DNA of 64,000 nt from positions 332,816,001 to 332,880,000 of the forward strand of contig OZ024741.1 in assembly GCA_964016885.1 (NCBI GenBank), written 5' to 3'. How positions within the stretch are numbered: the stretch's first letter is position 1; every line of letters starts with the position of its first letter. A program made the position numbers and the translations under genes. Shown piece after piece: positions 12,540-24,600 of this stretch. The notes under the pieces were generated by a model. That model worked only from the letters and a program-made list of their open reading frames with translations. It made no database searches and was not told the origin of the DNA. The stretch comes from Eledone cirrhosa (Eukaryota).

Positions 12540-12840
12540 TTTAAATAGGAAACTTTTAAAATGAGTAGCTTTGTTTCATAGAACCGGAGCTGGTTCTGAT
12601 TGTGTTGGTATGAAATTATTAATTATTTCATTAGTAAGATAGCAACTTAGTAATGTTAAAAGCAACAATTATGTTAAACGATTTTAATATAAATAGAAAA
12701 CTTTTAAAATAAGTGGTTTTGTTTCATAGAACCAGAACCAGTTTTGAAATGGTTTGTATCAAAAATGAACCTTTAAAATGGATGGTTTTGTTTCATAGAA
12801 CAAGAGCCAGTTTTGGCCAGTTTGGCATCAAAAGGGTTAA
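12540..12840. mobile_element. MITE-like remnant with a TTAA-flanked end (piggyBac-like)
   Basis: Three subrepeats of TTTAAAATG...TTTGTTTCATAGAAC ending in ATCAAAAGGGTTAA. A similar end occurs at 19655-19719. Confidence 0.4.
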
Positions 12841-13429
12841 TGGGGACTGTTTGTCTGTAGCTCTGTTTAAAATCATACAAAATAAACTGAAGAACATTTG
12901 ACAACCATTCTCCTGTAAAACAGATATAAGTCTGATATTCTTTTATGATCAATAAAATATTTCTTGTCTGAAATTCTATACAGCCTGCTGCTGCTGACAA
13001 AATAAATATAATTCTTGTATATATTTGTCTGTTTATCTATCTATCTATCCATCTATCTGTCTATCTATATATCTATCTATCTATCATCATCATTACTGGT
13101 TTATATCCGTTTTACATGTTGGTATATATGTGTGTATACACATACACACACGCATACACACACACATATATATAAATCAATATCGATACAGGAAAAAACT
13201 GTTTAGACCATTACTCATCAGAGTACTCAATACTTGGGTAGTAGAGTGTGGTTATATGAAAGAGTTGGGACCCGAATGGCTAAGCACTAGCCGTTTCAAC
13301 AGCTAGTGGAACTAACTATTGATATGGCAAGAGCTTGGCCGTTGGGGTTCTGACTCTTTCATATATGTATATATATATATATATGTGTGTGTATATATAT
13401 ACATATATATATATATTTATGTATATATA

Positions 13430-14732
13430 CAGGGTGTGGACGATATTTGTTCGTAATTTTCAACTGCTAATTATATGCAAATTTTTTTTACTTCCGTTGT
13501 CACTCTTGTCTTCATAAAAACAGTGACTATATTTCCATTATTTATTGTCAGAATAATTGATTATGAATAATTTTGAACCTCCAAATTTGTGGAAGAGATA
13601 CGGAGTTCTTCTTGGAATCCACGCCAGGAGGACAAATAATGAAATTTCAGACTTTCTCAGCGTCAGCAGAAGAATGGTGGAAAAGGTCAGAAAGGAATTG
13701 GAAGATTCAGGATTCGACTACGAAGCAACATCAGAGAGGAAAACACATGATCGACGATCTGACGCCCTCAGAACACCCGAGTTCGTCGCTGAAGTTCAGG
13801 ATATCATCAGCAATGAACCTAGCAAGTCGATGCGTGCCATTGCAAGGGAGAAAGGCGTAGATGAAAAGCTCATTAGGCTGGTGGTACATGAAGACATTCG
13901 CTACGTTTCATACAAGATGAGGAAAGGACAATTTCTGTCAAAGGCGATGCAAGAAAAGCGACTGAAGCACGCAAAGAAGCTGATCAACAAGTTGAAACAC
14001 CCACTGGAACCAGACATGCTGTGGTTTTTCTCCAACGAGAAAAACTTCTGCCAACACCAGAAGATCAACTCCCAGAACAACAGGTGGCTCACTGTCTCAC
14101 CCAAAGACGTGCCCAGAGTCATGCAGACAAAGTTTCCAGCGACAACATTGGTCTTAGGTGTCGTCAGCAGTGAAGGTGACGTCATGCCACCACACTTCTT
14201 CCCTGAGGGCCTCAAGCTGAACACTGATGGCTACATCCGCGTTCTGAGCAAGGTAGTAAATCCCTGGATCGACCAGGTAGGCCGTACGTGTGGCAGCAAG
14301 ACTCAGCACCCTGCCATACCAGCCAAAAGACCTGGCTGTCAGAGAACTTCGTCGACCACACTTCACCTGACATCTGGCCTCCCAGCTCGCCTGACTGCAA
14401 CCCCCTCGACTTCTTTGTGTGGGGCACAGTGGAACGAGACACCAACAGATCTAGCTGCAATATGAAAGACGATCTGAAGGCCAGGATCACAAGTGCCTTT
14501 AGGGGCCTAAGTCGGGGGACAGTGACGAAGGCCTGTAGCTGGTTCCGAGGCCGCCTTGAGGCCGTCATCAAAGCCGATGGCGGGTTTATCGAGTGAGATC
14601 GCAAGAACAAGTCATGAAGACAAACTGACCCAAGTTTGATAAATATATCTTAAAATATATCTTAAAAAATAAAACTACTGTGTTATTTTTTCCTAGACAG
14701 TAATCTTGCGAACAAATATCGTCTGCCCCCTG
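13430..14732 (+). mobile_element. Full-length Tc1/mariner-superfamily DNA transposon (probably DD37D/maT-like) with an inactivated transposase
   Basis: TA target duplication; TIRs CAGGGTGTGGACGATATTTGTTCG and its near reverse complement. ORFs 13557-14465 and 14288-14596 give an HTH, FSNEK (first catalytic D changed to N), QQDSAPCH and WPPSSPDCNPLD, with a frameshift near 14285. Confidence 0.92.
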
Positions 14733-15896
14733 TATGTGAATATATATATATATATTATATATATATATATAGTGTGTGTATATATATATATATATATAGA
14801 GAGAGAGATATTCATACATACATATATGTATATATATTCAGATAGTTAACTTATTTCATGCATCTTTACAAATGTACAGATTTCTAGATGGAGAAGTGGT
14901 ATGTTTTTGTTATTATTTTTGTTATTGTTGATGTAGCTGTTGTTGTGCCTCTCCCGGAAAAAGTGAGGCAACTAAACACTGTTTTGTCCAAAGATTAATT
15001 TCGGTTTGGAGTAAAATCATAAGAAAACACTTTAGATAAACAACAACACTACCGCCACCACCGCTACCACTGACAACTCGTACACTACCACCAACAACAA
15101 CAATACTATCACCACCACTACTACTAACAACAACAGTAACAGCACCACCACCCAACAGCAACACCACCACCACCACCAACAACAACAACACCCCTAACAA
15201 CAACAGAAGTAACATCAACATCAACAACACCACCACCAACAACAGAAAACAAATCTTCAATTTCCAAAGCAGCTATTAACATGCAACAGAGAGAAGTGAA
15301 GTCAATTGTTATGGTGGGTATAGAATAGAAGTTATCAAGAGCATGTATTAGTATAGGAATTGGAAAACAGGGGAACAAACATTGCTTCTGTCTACTGCAT
15401 TAGTAACTATGTGAAGATATGTGGCTTAGTGGTTAGAGGGTTTGGCTCATGATTATAAAGGGGTGGGTTCGATTCCTGGTAGCAAATTGTGTCCTTGAGC
15501 AAGACACTTTGTAATTTCAAAGGACCATGCTTGTCACACTCTGTGTGACAAACTTGTCTTGGGAATCATGTTAAAGGGATGCATGTCTGTAGAGCAGAGA
15601 GAGAGAGAGAGAGAGAGAGAGAGTGTGTGTGTGTGTGTGTGACAGAGAGAGAAAGAGTGTATGTGAGAGAGAGAGACAGAGAGAACAGTGTATGAGAAGT
15701 TCAAAGCTTCAGCTATTCAAAAACTCTCTACTTCCTCCTAAGTTTGATACTAATAAGAATTTGTGTTTTTGATCCCTGTGTTTGAGTTGTCATTTCTTTA
15801 GATGTCAACATGAATGGACCTGTTATTTTTATCTAAAGACATTTTTTTCCAATTCCAACCCGCCTGTCTCCTCAATCTATTTTATTTCTCATTCTT

Positions 15897-15932
15897 TCTT
15901 CTGATGAAGGACTAGCGTCCGAAACGTTAAGA
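15897..15932 (+). ncRNA. Minimal type I hammerhead motif (PLE-like), intact
   Basis: TCTT CTGATGA a GGAC tagc GTCC GAAA CG TT AAGA. Homologues that share about 90 nt of 3' flank lie at 38061-38096 (-) and 56205-56240 (+). Confidence 0.8.
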
Positions 15933-16302
15933 CCCTCTTCCTGCTATATCAAGCGTTAGCCTAATATATACCTTCCATATACTGTACCGATTGTGTTGTT
16001 ATTTCTGTTTACCTTTTACATACATACATATATATATATATATAGACAATATATAAATATATAGACGTAGGTTTCATAAGGCATGGTAAAGGATAACCCA
16101 TCTAGGAGAACAGTCACTTTGAATAAAAACTGATACAGAGTAGAGAGGACCCTTCAGTCAGCTAAGACAACTTCTCTACTGCTGGTGATACAAATAATGC
16201 ACCCAGTCCATACTGTAAAGTGGTTGGTGATATGAAGGGCATCCAGCCAGTTAAACCTTGACAAAACTATGCAAAGTACAACACATAAATCTCATACATA
16301 CA

Positions 16303-16491
16303 CCAGGCCCAGATTAAGCTTTTTGGAGGCCCTAAGCACTTAAATGATTATAGTGCCCTTCATATATAAATTCAACAAATAAAGAAATGGGTTGGGAGGC
16401 AACAAATACATTTAATATGAATAAAATAGTACCCCTCTTTCCTTGATGCACTAAACATGTGTTTATTTTGCTTAATGGTTAGTTCAGCTCT
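16303..16491. mobile_element. hAT-like MITE remnant
   Basis: Imperfect terminal inverted repeats CAGGCCCAGATTAAGC...GGTTAGTTCAGCTCTG. Confidence 0.4.
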
Positions 16492-16535
16492 GTTGTGGAA
16501 TGCTCAGCCACTTGCATGTTAATTTCATATTTAGA

Positions 16536-16750
16536 CTGGATTAGCAGTATCGGTAGAGGGTTGGACGTCATGCTTTGCAGCATAGAGTTACGGCCCTTTA
16601 TGATCTGAGTTCAAATTCCGCCGAGGGTAACTTTGCCTTTCATCCTTACGGGGTCGATAAAATAAAGTACCAGTCACGCACTGCGGTCGATTTAATCAAC
16701 TTTCCCCTCCCCCAAAATTGCTGGCCTTGTGTCTATATAAGAAACCATAT
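16536..16750 (+). mobile_element. tRNA-derived SINE family 2
   Basis: B box GAGTTCAAAT followed by the conserved core CTTTGCCTTTCATCCTTACGGGGTCGATAAAATAAAGTACCAG. There are more than 10 copies in the window. Confidence 0.8.
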
Positions 16751-17389
16751 TTAGACCTGAATATTCATTGTCAGAAATGATGGAAGTCCAACATACACAC
16801 ACACATGCAGACAGACACAAGCACACAAGGCACACACACAGACACATGCACACACATACACACTAATATACATACAAAATACACATGTAGACATAGACAC
16901 AGGCACACACACACACACACACACACACGTATGCAGACACACAGAGATATAGACACACACACATAGACAAACACATATGCACATATAGATACAATCACAT
17001 ATTCACACACACACATACACCCACATGCACAAACACACATACACACACACACAGGCACACATACACACATACACACACAGATAGACACACACACACAGAT
17101 AGACACACACAGATACACATACGTATGCAGACACACAGACACATACATACACGCAGAGTAGCCATAAGGAATATTTTTCAAGGTCTATGGAAATAGTTAG
17201 AAGATGTGCTGAACAACAGCAATGCTTCACCAAATTTGGTTCCAAAAGATGAATTCATTCTTTAGTCTTTGGAATTATTCTAGCAAAAGGAGGCTGTAAT
17301 ATTATAGAGAAATATTTTCTGTTGGCGTTAGTGTTGTGGTAAGTTCTTTCAACTTGGTTATGGAGAGCTAATTCTAGTTTTAGGCAATG

Positions 17390-18540
17390 TCGTGGTGGTG
17401 GTGGTGGTAGTGGTAGTGGTATTAGTGGTGGTGGTGGTGGTGGTGAAAGTGGTAGTGGTATTAGTGGTGGTGGTAGGGGTGGGGTGGGGGTGGGGGTGGT
17501 GATGGTGGTGAAAGTGGTAGTGGTATTAGTGGTGGTGGTGGTGGTGGTGGTGGTGAAAGTGGTAGTGGTATTAGTGGTGGTGGTGGGGGTGGGGTGGGGG
17601 TGGGGGTGGTGATGGTGGTGAAAGTGGTAGTGGTATTAGTGGTGGTGGTGGTGGTGGTGAAAGTGGTAGTGGTATTAGTGGTGGTGGTGGTGGTGGTGGT
17701 GGTGAAAGTGGTAGTGGTATTAGTGGTGGTGGTGGTGAAAGTGGTAGTGGTATTGGTGGTGGTGGTGGTGGTGGTGGTGAAAGTGGTAGTGGTATTGCTG
17801 GTGGTGGTGGCGGTGGTGAAAGTGGTAGTGGTATTGGTGGCGGTGGTGAAAGTGGTAGTGGTATTGGTGGTGGTGGTGAAAGGGGTAGTGGTATTAGTGG
17901 TGGTGGTGGTGAAAGTGGTAGTGGTATTAGTGGTGGTGGTGGTGGTGGTGGTGAAAGTGGTAGTGGTATTGGTGGTGGCGGTGGTGAAAGTGGTAGTGGT
18001 ATTGGTGGTGGTGGTGGTGAAAGGGGTAGTGGTATTAGTGGTGGTGGTGGTGAAAGGGGTAGTGGTATTAGTGGTGGTGGTGGAGAAAGTGGTAGTGATA
18101 TTAGTGGTGGTGGTGGTGGTGGTGGTGGTATTAGTGAAAGTGGCATTGGTATTAGTGGTGGTGGTGGTGTTAGTGGTGGTAGTGGTAGTAATGGTGGTAG
18201 TCATGGTGGTAGTAGTGATGATGGTATTGGTAGTAGTAGTGGTGGGGTAGTGGTGGCAGTGGTAATGGTGATAATAGTGGTAGTAGTCGTAGTGGTGGTA
18301 GTAGTAGTGGTTGTAGTGATGATGGTATTGATAGTAGTAGTGGTGGTGGTAGTGGTGGCAGTGGTGATGGTGGTAGTGGTAGTAATAGTGGTGGTGATGG
18401 TGGTAATAGTGGTAGTAGTCGTGGTGGTGGTAGTCGTAATATTAGTGGTGGTGGTGGTCATAGTGGTTGTAGGGATGATGGAATTGGTAGTAATAGTGGT
18501 TGTGATGGCAGTAATAGTGGTGGTGGTAATAAGGTAGTAG
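17390..18540. repeat. Compound G-rich minisatellite built on (GGT)n with the unit GTGAAAGTGGTAGTGGTATTAGTG
   Basis: Directly visible tandem units with variable-length GGT runs. Confidence 0.9.
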
Positions 18541-18834
18541 TAACCGTTCTATTAACAATAACAGAAAAGTATGTTTGCTTTAGGGGAGAGGGAGAGGGAT
18601 GGTGTGAAATATTATTGCATAATAATATTTCATATAAAATTATTTTGGTGTTATGTATAATGGTATACATACATACACATGCATACACATGCTCACACAC
18701 ACATACACACACACACATATGCACACTCTCATATATATATATGTATATACACAGTAGCACTGACATTGTATGTATATATATATATATATACATAAGCAGT
18801 AGAACTGATATGGTGTGGTTCATATTAAAGATTT

Positions 18835-19335
18835 ATATAATAATAATAATAATAATGAAATTATTATGTAAAGTGCTCAGGTGCACTACAACTCGTCAAA
18901 GGTGCATGTATAGTACATAGAATAATATACAAATGTCAGGGAAGTGAATAGTGTATGAGTTATGATATACATGTGTGCGTGTGTTTGGAGGGGGAATATT
19001 AGGTGTAGTGTTGGCGAATCTCAGGAAGCATGGAGGTTTTAAAGGATGCAGTGTCTCGACAGCTAACAACTGATGCAGGCAGCCTGTTCCATGCTTCAGC
19101 AACTCTGAGCGTGAAAAATGTTTCTGAAATTCATGGGAATTGTGCTGTTTTCTGACTTTGTTAGACACATGGAAATCAAAAAGGTACTCAGGGTTGTTGT
19201 TGGCAAGATGGTTAATAATTTTGTGGGTGTTTACCAAGTTAGTTGCCAGACATCGGAGCTTCAATGTATCCATGCAAGGCGTTCAGTGTATGGTAGATGC
19301 CTGATGGAGGGTATTCGCTTGGTTGCACGTCTCTG
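18835..19335 (-). mobile_element. 3' end of a CR1-group LINE
   Basis: Translation resembles a CR1 ORF2 C-terminus (DTLKLRCL...HKII...FDFH...KVRKQH); (TTA)n tail at about 18835-18856. Confidence 0.65.
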
Positions 19336-20729
19336 AAGTCTTATACAATATGTTTATGTATAATAAGCATATATGTCTCTCTGGAGTTGTAGGGATGCTT
19401 ACAAAGCCCACCCTCTCCTCAGGTCAGAACAAAGCTGATTTCTTCCAGAGAACGAGAGAGAGGAATTGAGATAGAGATACAGAGGAAGAATCGGTCCCAG
19501 TACATGACTGGCCCATTTTTATTGATTCAAAAGGATGAAAGGTAAAGTTCATCTTGGCAAGATTTGAACTCAGAGCACAGAGAGTGACTACTGCAAAGCA
19601 TTCTATCTACCTTTCTAACAACTCTGCCAATTTGCTGCCTATTTTAATTTAAGTAGGAACCCTTTAAAATGGCTGCTTGCTTCATAGAAAGAGAAGTGGG
19701 TTTGTATCAAAAGGGTTAAGCCATGTGACAGATTTAGTCTACAACATATAAAAATGTTCATATGTTGATATAGAGTTTCTAATTTGTTGTTGAAACTATC
19801 TATGTAACATGTTAGTAAGCAAACTATTTACCAAAAACAATTGATTATTAATATCTTTCGCTATTGTTCTTCAAGTGTTTGAAAGAAAGAAATTAGATAA
19901 ATCCAACTTAACAAAATTCTATTAGAACTGTTCTTCAACAAACTTCTAATATTAATGGACTTGTGGCAAATTCAGAGACAAATAGATTGATTATTAAGTT
20001 GTTGACTACATACTTTCTGTTTGTGTATGTGTCTATTTTAATAGACGACACAATGTTGTGAAAATTTGCAATATTTGTGTAAGTGAAGTGCTTTAATTTT
20101 TAATATGAGGTAGAGGTAGATCAAGAACGATATGGGCAGATGTTGTGAGAGCTGACCTCAAATCACTAAGACTCACATGACAGGAGATGACAGAAGATCG
20201 TGATGAGTAGAGAGATGCTGTGCTGAGAAGGAGCCATCCAACCCATGCAAGTGGGGAAAAAAGGACGTAAAAATGATGATGATGATGATAATGATGATTC
20301 AGTCATAGTTCTGTTTTATACTTTCTCAAGAGTGTTTTTGTTAATGAAGTTTCATGCAGTACAAGACATCAATTGTTTAAAGTCACCACTGTGGCTTACC
20401 AAAATTCCATCTCATACAGTTGATGCTATTAAAAGAAATCCCTAAAAACTGAAACAACAACTAAAGCCACAGACTAATTTTGTTGAAATAATATTCTAGT
20501 ATGGCTTAGATCGGTTGTCATGTATTGAGGCTAGAGACTGAACTGATAAGGTAACTATTAGTTTCTATACTTGATTACCTTCCTAATCTTAATCCCTTTA
20601 CAGTGTTACTAGAGAATTTTATTGTGGTTCTGGTACTAAAAATTTACAGAGTGGACTGGATGCTTTTTCGTGGCACCAGCACTACTGCTTTACAGCACAA
20701 ATTGGGTGCTTTTTATCATGGTACCATCG

Positions 20730-20778
<49 letters not shown>

Positions 20779-20877
20779 TATATATATATGTATATATATA
20801 ATATATATATATATATATGTATATATATAATATATATATAATAAATAATATATATGTATATATATAATATATATATA

Positions 20878-21390
20878 TCATTATCATCATCATCGTTTAA
20901 CATCCATCTTCCACACTAGACTAGGTTGGACGGTTTTGTCCCACTTGGGGTGAGATTGGTTGGGAGACCATGTCTCGCTCATACAGAACTGTCTCTGGCA
21001 GGTTTTCTACGGCTGGATGCCCATCCTATCACCAACCACACTACAGTGTGGACTGGGAGCCTTTTTGTCGAGTCACTTACACGACCACGACAGAAGTGGG
21101 AGGATGGAGTAGGGGATAGGGTGGAGTGTATATAGGTTTAAGAGGTGCCTACTGACTGTAGGTTTAAGTTTGTATGCAAGGGAAGGTGGGTCTTCTGTAT
21201 AACTGCATGGCACCAAAGATCTCAATCCAGTGACATTGTCTTAGAGAGGGGTAAGTGAGCAAGGTCAGTTTTTATGACTTTGTCCCAGGTTTTTCTTCCT
21301 CTACCCACTCCGTTGCTTCCATCAATTTTGATCGCACTGCACTTTTTTATACAGCTGTTGTCCTTCATACACATCACATGTCCATACCAA
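20878..21390 (-). mobile_element. RTE LINE 3' fragment
   Basis: Homologous to 1284-1880 (3' UTR, C-terminal coding region, GAT tail). Confidence 0.8.
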
Positions 21391-22553
21391 TGCAATTTCA
21401 CACATATTCTGCAAAATTAACCACTTATACAAATACACACACATACATATATATATATATGTATGTATATGTGTATATAATAGGCAGATTCCTAGTGTAT
21501 ATCAGCAGATGACTACAGTTCAAAAAGGTTCTCATTGCAGTAGTAGAGTATAGACATCTTTATTTACAGGACTAGAACTGTTTCATTCATAAGAAATCAT
21601 ATATATGAGAGAAAGCGAGTGAGAGAGAAAGAAGATCTAATGGAGATCTAATGGAGAGACAAACAAGTGTCTAGGCCTATTTTATAAGTGCACTCATTAA
21701 GCATGTTATAAATAAAATCATATAAATACAAGTTAACAACAAACAGAGAGCAAGTTAGAATTCTTCAAATTGTTCTCAATCTCTTGTCTTCTACTTTTAT
21801 GTAAACACAATTTCTTTGAACATTTTCAAACACAGATTTTGTTATTTACCATCATGTGTTAAATGTGAAAACAATCAGTCTAGCATTGGTTATTAATGTC
21901 TTTTATAAATATCTCTGAAAGTCTGTGTAAGTGTTTTCATTAGAAGCACCATCAGCGATTGTCCGAGCAACAAGAAAATAAACATCGATATTTTACAAAT
22001 ATTTAAGTTGATGGTTATGTACATCATTTTACTCTCGTATTCTGATATCATCAAATAGAAATTGGGAAAAAATTATTAAACATGACTACATACATACATA
22101 CATTTATACATATATATACATAGATACATACACATACATACACTAACACATATATTCACAGACATATTTATGTATGTGTATATATATATGTTTACACATG
22201 TGTGAGTGTATGTATGTATATATGTACACATTTGTGAGTGTATGTGTGTATATATGTATACATGTGTGAGTGTATGTGTGTATATATATATACACACATA
22301 CACTCACACATGTATACATATATACACATATCCACTCACAAATGTATACATATATACACACATACACTCACACATGTGTATATATATACACACATACACT
22401 CACACATGTATACATATATACACACATCCACTCACAAATGTATACATATATACACACATACACTCACACATGTACACATACTTATATATGTATATAGACA
22501 CATACATATATGTATATATATATATATATGAGTGTGTGTATGCATGTATACAC

Positions 22554-22593
<40 letters not shown>

Positions 22594-23399
22594 GTACATA
22601 TCTGAAGATTTCTGAAACAAAGAGTAAGAAATTTATTCTTTTGACATGATTTCAAAGATTGAGTGTAATTTTCTTTCCTGTTTTTACTCCATTGAATCTC
22701 AGACACATTGTCAACATATTGTGTTGATGTTGGGGCCACAGTCGGATCCCATGATGAGTGATCTAGTTGTTCAAACAATAGAACATAGCTTATGGAGTTA
22801 ACATTAAAGTGACTGAGTTGTTCAGTATTCCATATACATGCTGGCCCTTAATGTGATTTTCAGGGACGTAGAGATTTACATAGTATATGACATGGCTGGC
22901 CCTTTGAATTACAGCTACAACTTACTTTTGCCAGTTGAATGGACTAAGTCTAAACTTTGTCTGAAGCCCCAGAGGCTCATTAGGCCAGTGATTATCCCAG
23001 TCTCTGTGGCTTTAAATGACTGAGTGTACAAGACTAACTCCTGGACAGGGCGCCAGTCTTCACATCATAAAGTCAGACTCAAGCTGGCAGGCTTGCCAGG
23101 CTGGTGTTTATCCTGGTTTCCATGGCATTAAGTGACAGAGAATAGAACTCCCCCCCCCCCCCCCCCCCTTCTGGACAAGATGCCAGTCCAATGTAGGGTT
23201 AAACCCCCAAATATTGCTGGTACTTATTTTCAGCTGAGTATACTGGAGCAATGTAAAATGAAGTGTTTTGCTCAAGAACATAATAGACAACCAAGTGCAC
23301 TAATTGAACCCATCACATTATGTTTGTAAGTTCAACACTCATACAACTAAGCCATATACCTCCACTGAATGGACTGGAGCAACATGAAATAGTGTCTTG

Positions 23400-23803
23400 C
23401 TGAAGGACACAATGCATGGATGGGTATTGGATTTAGTGATGAGATGCAGTGTGCAGGAGAGGAAAATATGTTGGTGTGGACATATGATGCATATGAAGGA
23501 TGTCTGCTGTATAAAAAGGGGCAGGGGTCTCAAGGTTGATGGAAGCTATATTGTAGGAAGACCTAGTAAAACTTGGGATGAGGTGATAAAAACTGATGTT
23601 GCACAATTCTACCTCTCGAAGGTAATGACACAGCATCGAGATCTTTGGTGTGTACAGAAGACCCACCTTCACATGTGCATGGATTGAAGCATACATCTTG
23701 TATGCTCTACCTTTCCCCACTCCCTACCATACATCTCCATGTATGGTAGGGAGTGGGGAAAGGTAGAGCATCCAAAAATGGACGTTAAACAGAGATGATG
23801 ATG
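23400..23803 (+). mobile_element. RTE LINE 3' fragment
   Basis: WCGHMMHMKD...GRPSKTWDEVI, then the GGACGTTAAA-(GAT)n tail. Confidence 0.8.
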
Positions 23804-23826
23804 ATATAATACATATATATATAATG

Positions 23827-23886
<60 letters not shown>

Positions 23887-23986
23887 AGTGGTAGAACACT
23901 GGAAGGTAATATCTGCAGTGGCAGAGCACTCAGTCCATGGGACGAGTTAGGTAGAAGGTTGTCCTTCCTGTTCCATATAACCATGC

Positions 23987-24036
23987 CCATTACAAGCTGA
24001 GGATCCGCTAACGTGAAACAATTGTTCTCGGTATGG
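23987..24036 (+). ncRNA. Minimal type I hammerhead motif in a ~180-bp island between (TA)n tracts
   Basis: CTGAGGA tcCGctaaCGt GAAA CAATTG TT, with palindromic helix III ACAATTGT. Helices I and II are imperfect. Confidence 0.55.
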
Positions 24037-24145
24037 TGAACTAACTGTTGTGTAACCACTTCTATATAATACATATATATATATGTATATAATACATATC
24101 TATGTATTTACATATATGATGATACATATATGATGATACATATAT

Positions 24146-24304
24146 GTATGAATGTATATATCTAGACATATATTTACATATGTGCATATATCACCAGTGG
24201 ACATTAAACTATGATGATGATGATGATCATCATCATCATAGTTTAATGTCCGCTGGTGATATATACACATATGTAAATATATGTCTAGATGTATACATTC
24301 ATAC
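24146..24304. repeat. Near-perfect 160-bp palindrome with no spacer
   Basis: The arms meet at (GAT)n|(CAT)n around 24225 and include a GGACATTAAAC LINE/SINE tail motif. Confidence 0.9.
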
Positions 24305-24600
24305 ACACTTCGACAGCACAAAGGAATTGTGAACATAGCATAAGGCCATTTCTTTGTATAATATCCTAATTAGATTATCACATAGCTAATCTGATAGACA
24401 CAGCATTTTAACACAGTTGGTGCGTTTCTGCTCAGATTGCAGATTATGTTTGTATAGTGGAGTGCCTTTTATTTCGTGTGTCTTACAGAAACAATTGAAA
24501 GCCATCATGTTCATCGCCCACTGAATAGAAATATGGACATATTAACTTGCTAAAAATTTAATAAAGGATTTATTAGCGTTATTAATTTTCATAGTTATTA

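Noticed and set aside
12882-12940. CTGAAGA...AAAACAGA-TCTG resembling a hammerhead
   Set aside because: No GAAA, no NUH in register and no helix I.
22602-22630. CTGAAGA tttct GAAAC...GTA
   Set aside because: Helices I-III do not pair; probably chance.
22620-22780. Unique-looking minus ORF (FEQLDHSSWDPTVAPT...) as a host exon
   Set aside because: No recognisable domain or clear splice pair; it cannot be supported without RNA-seq or homology.
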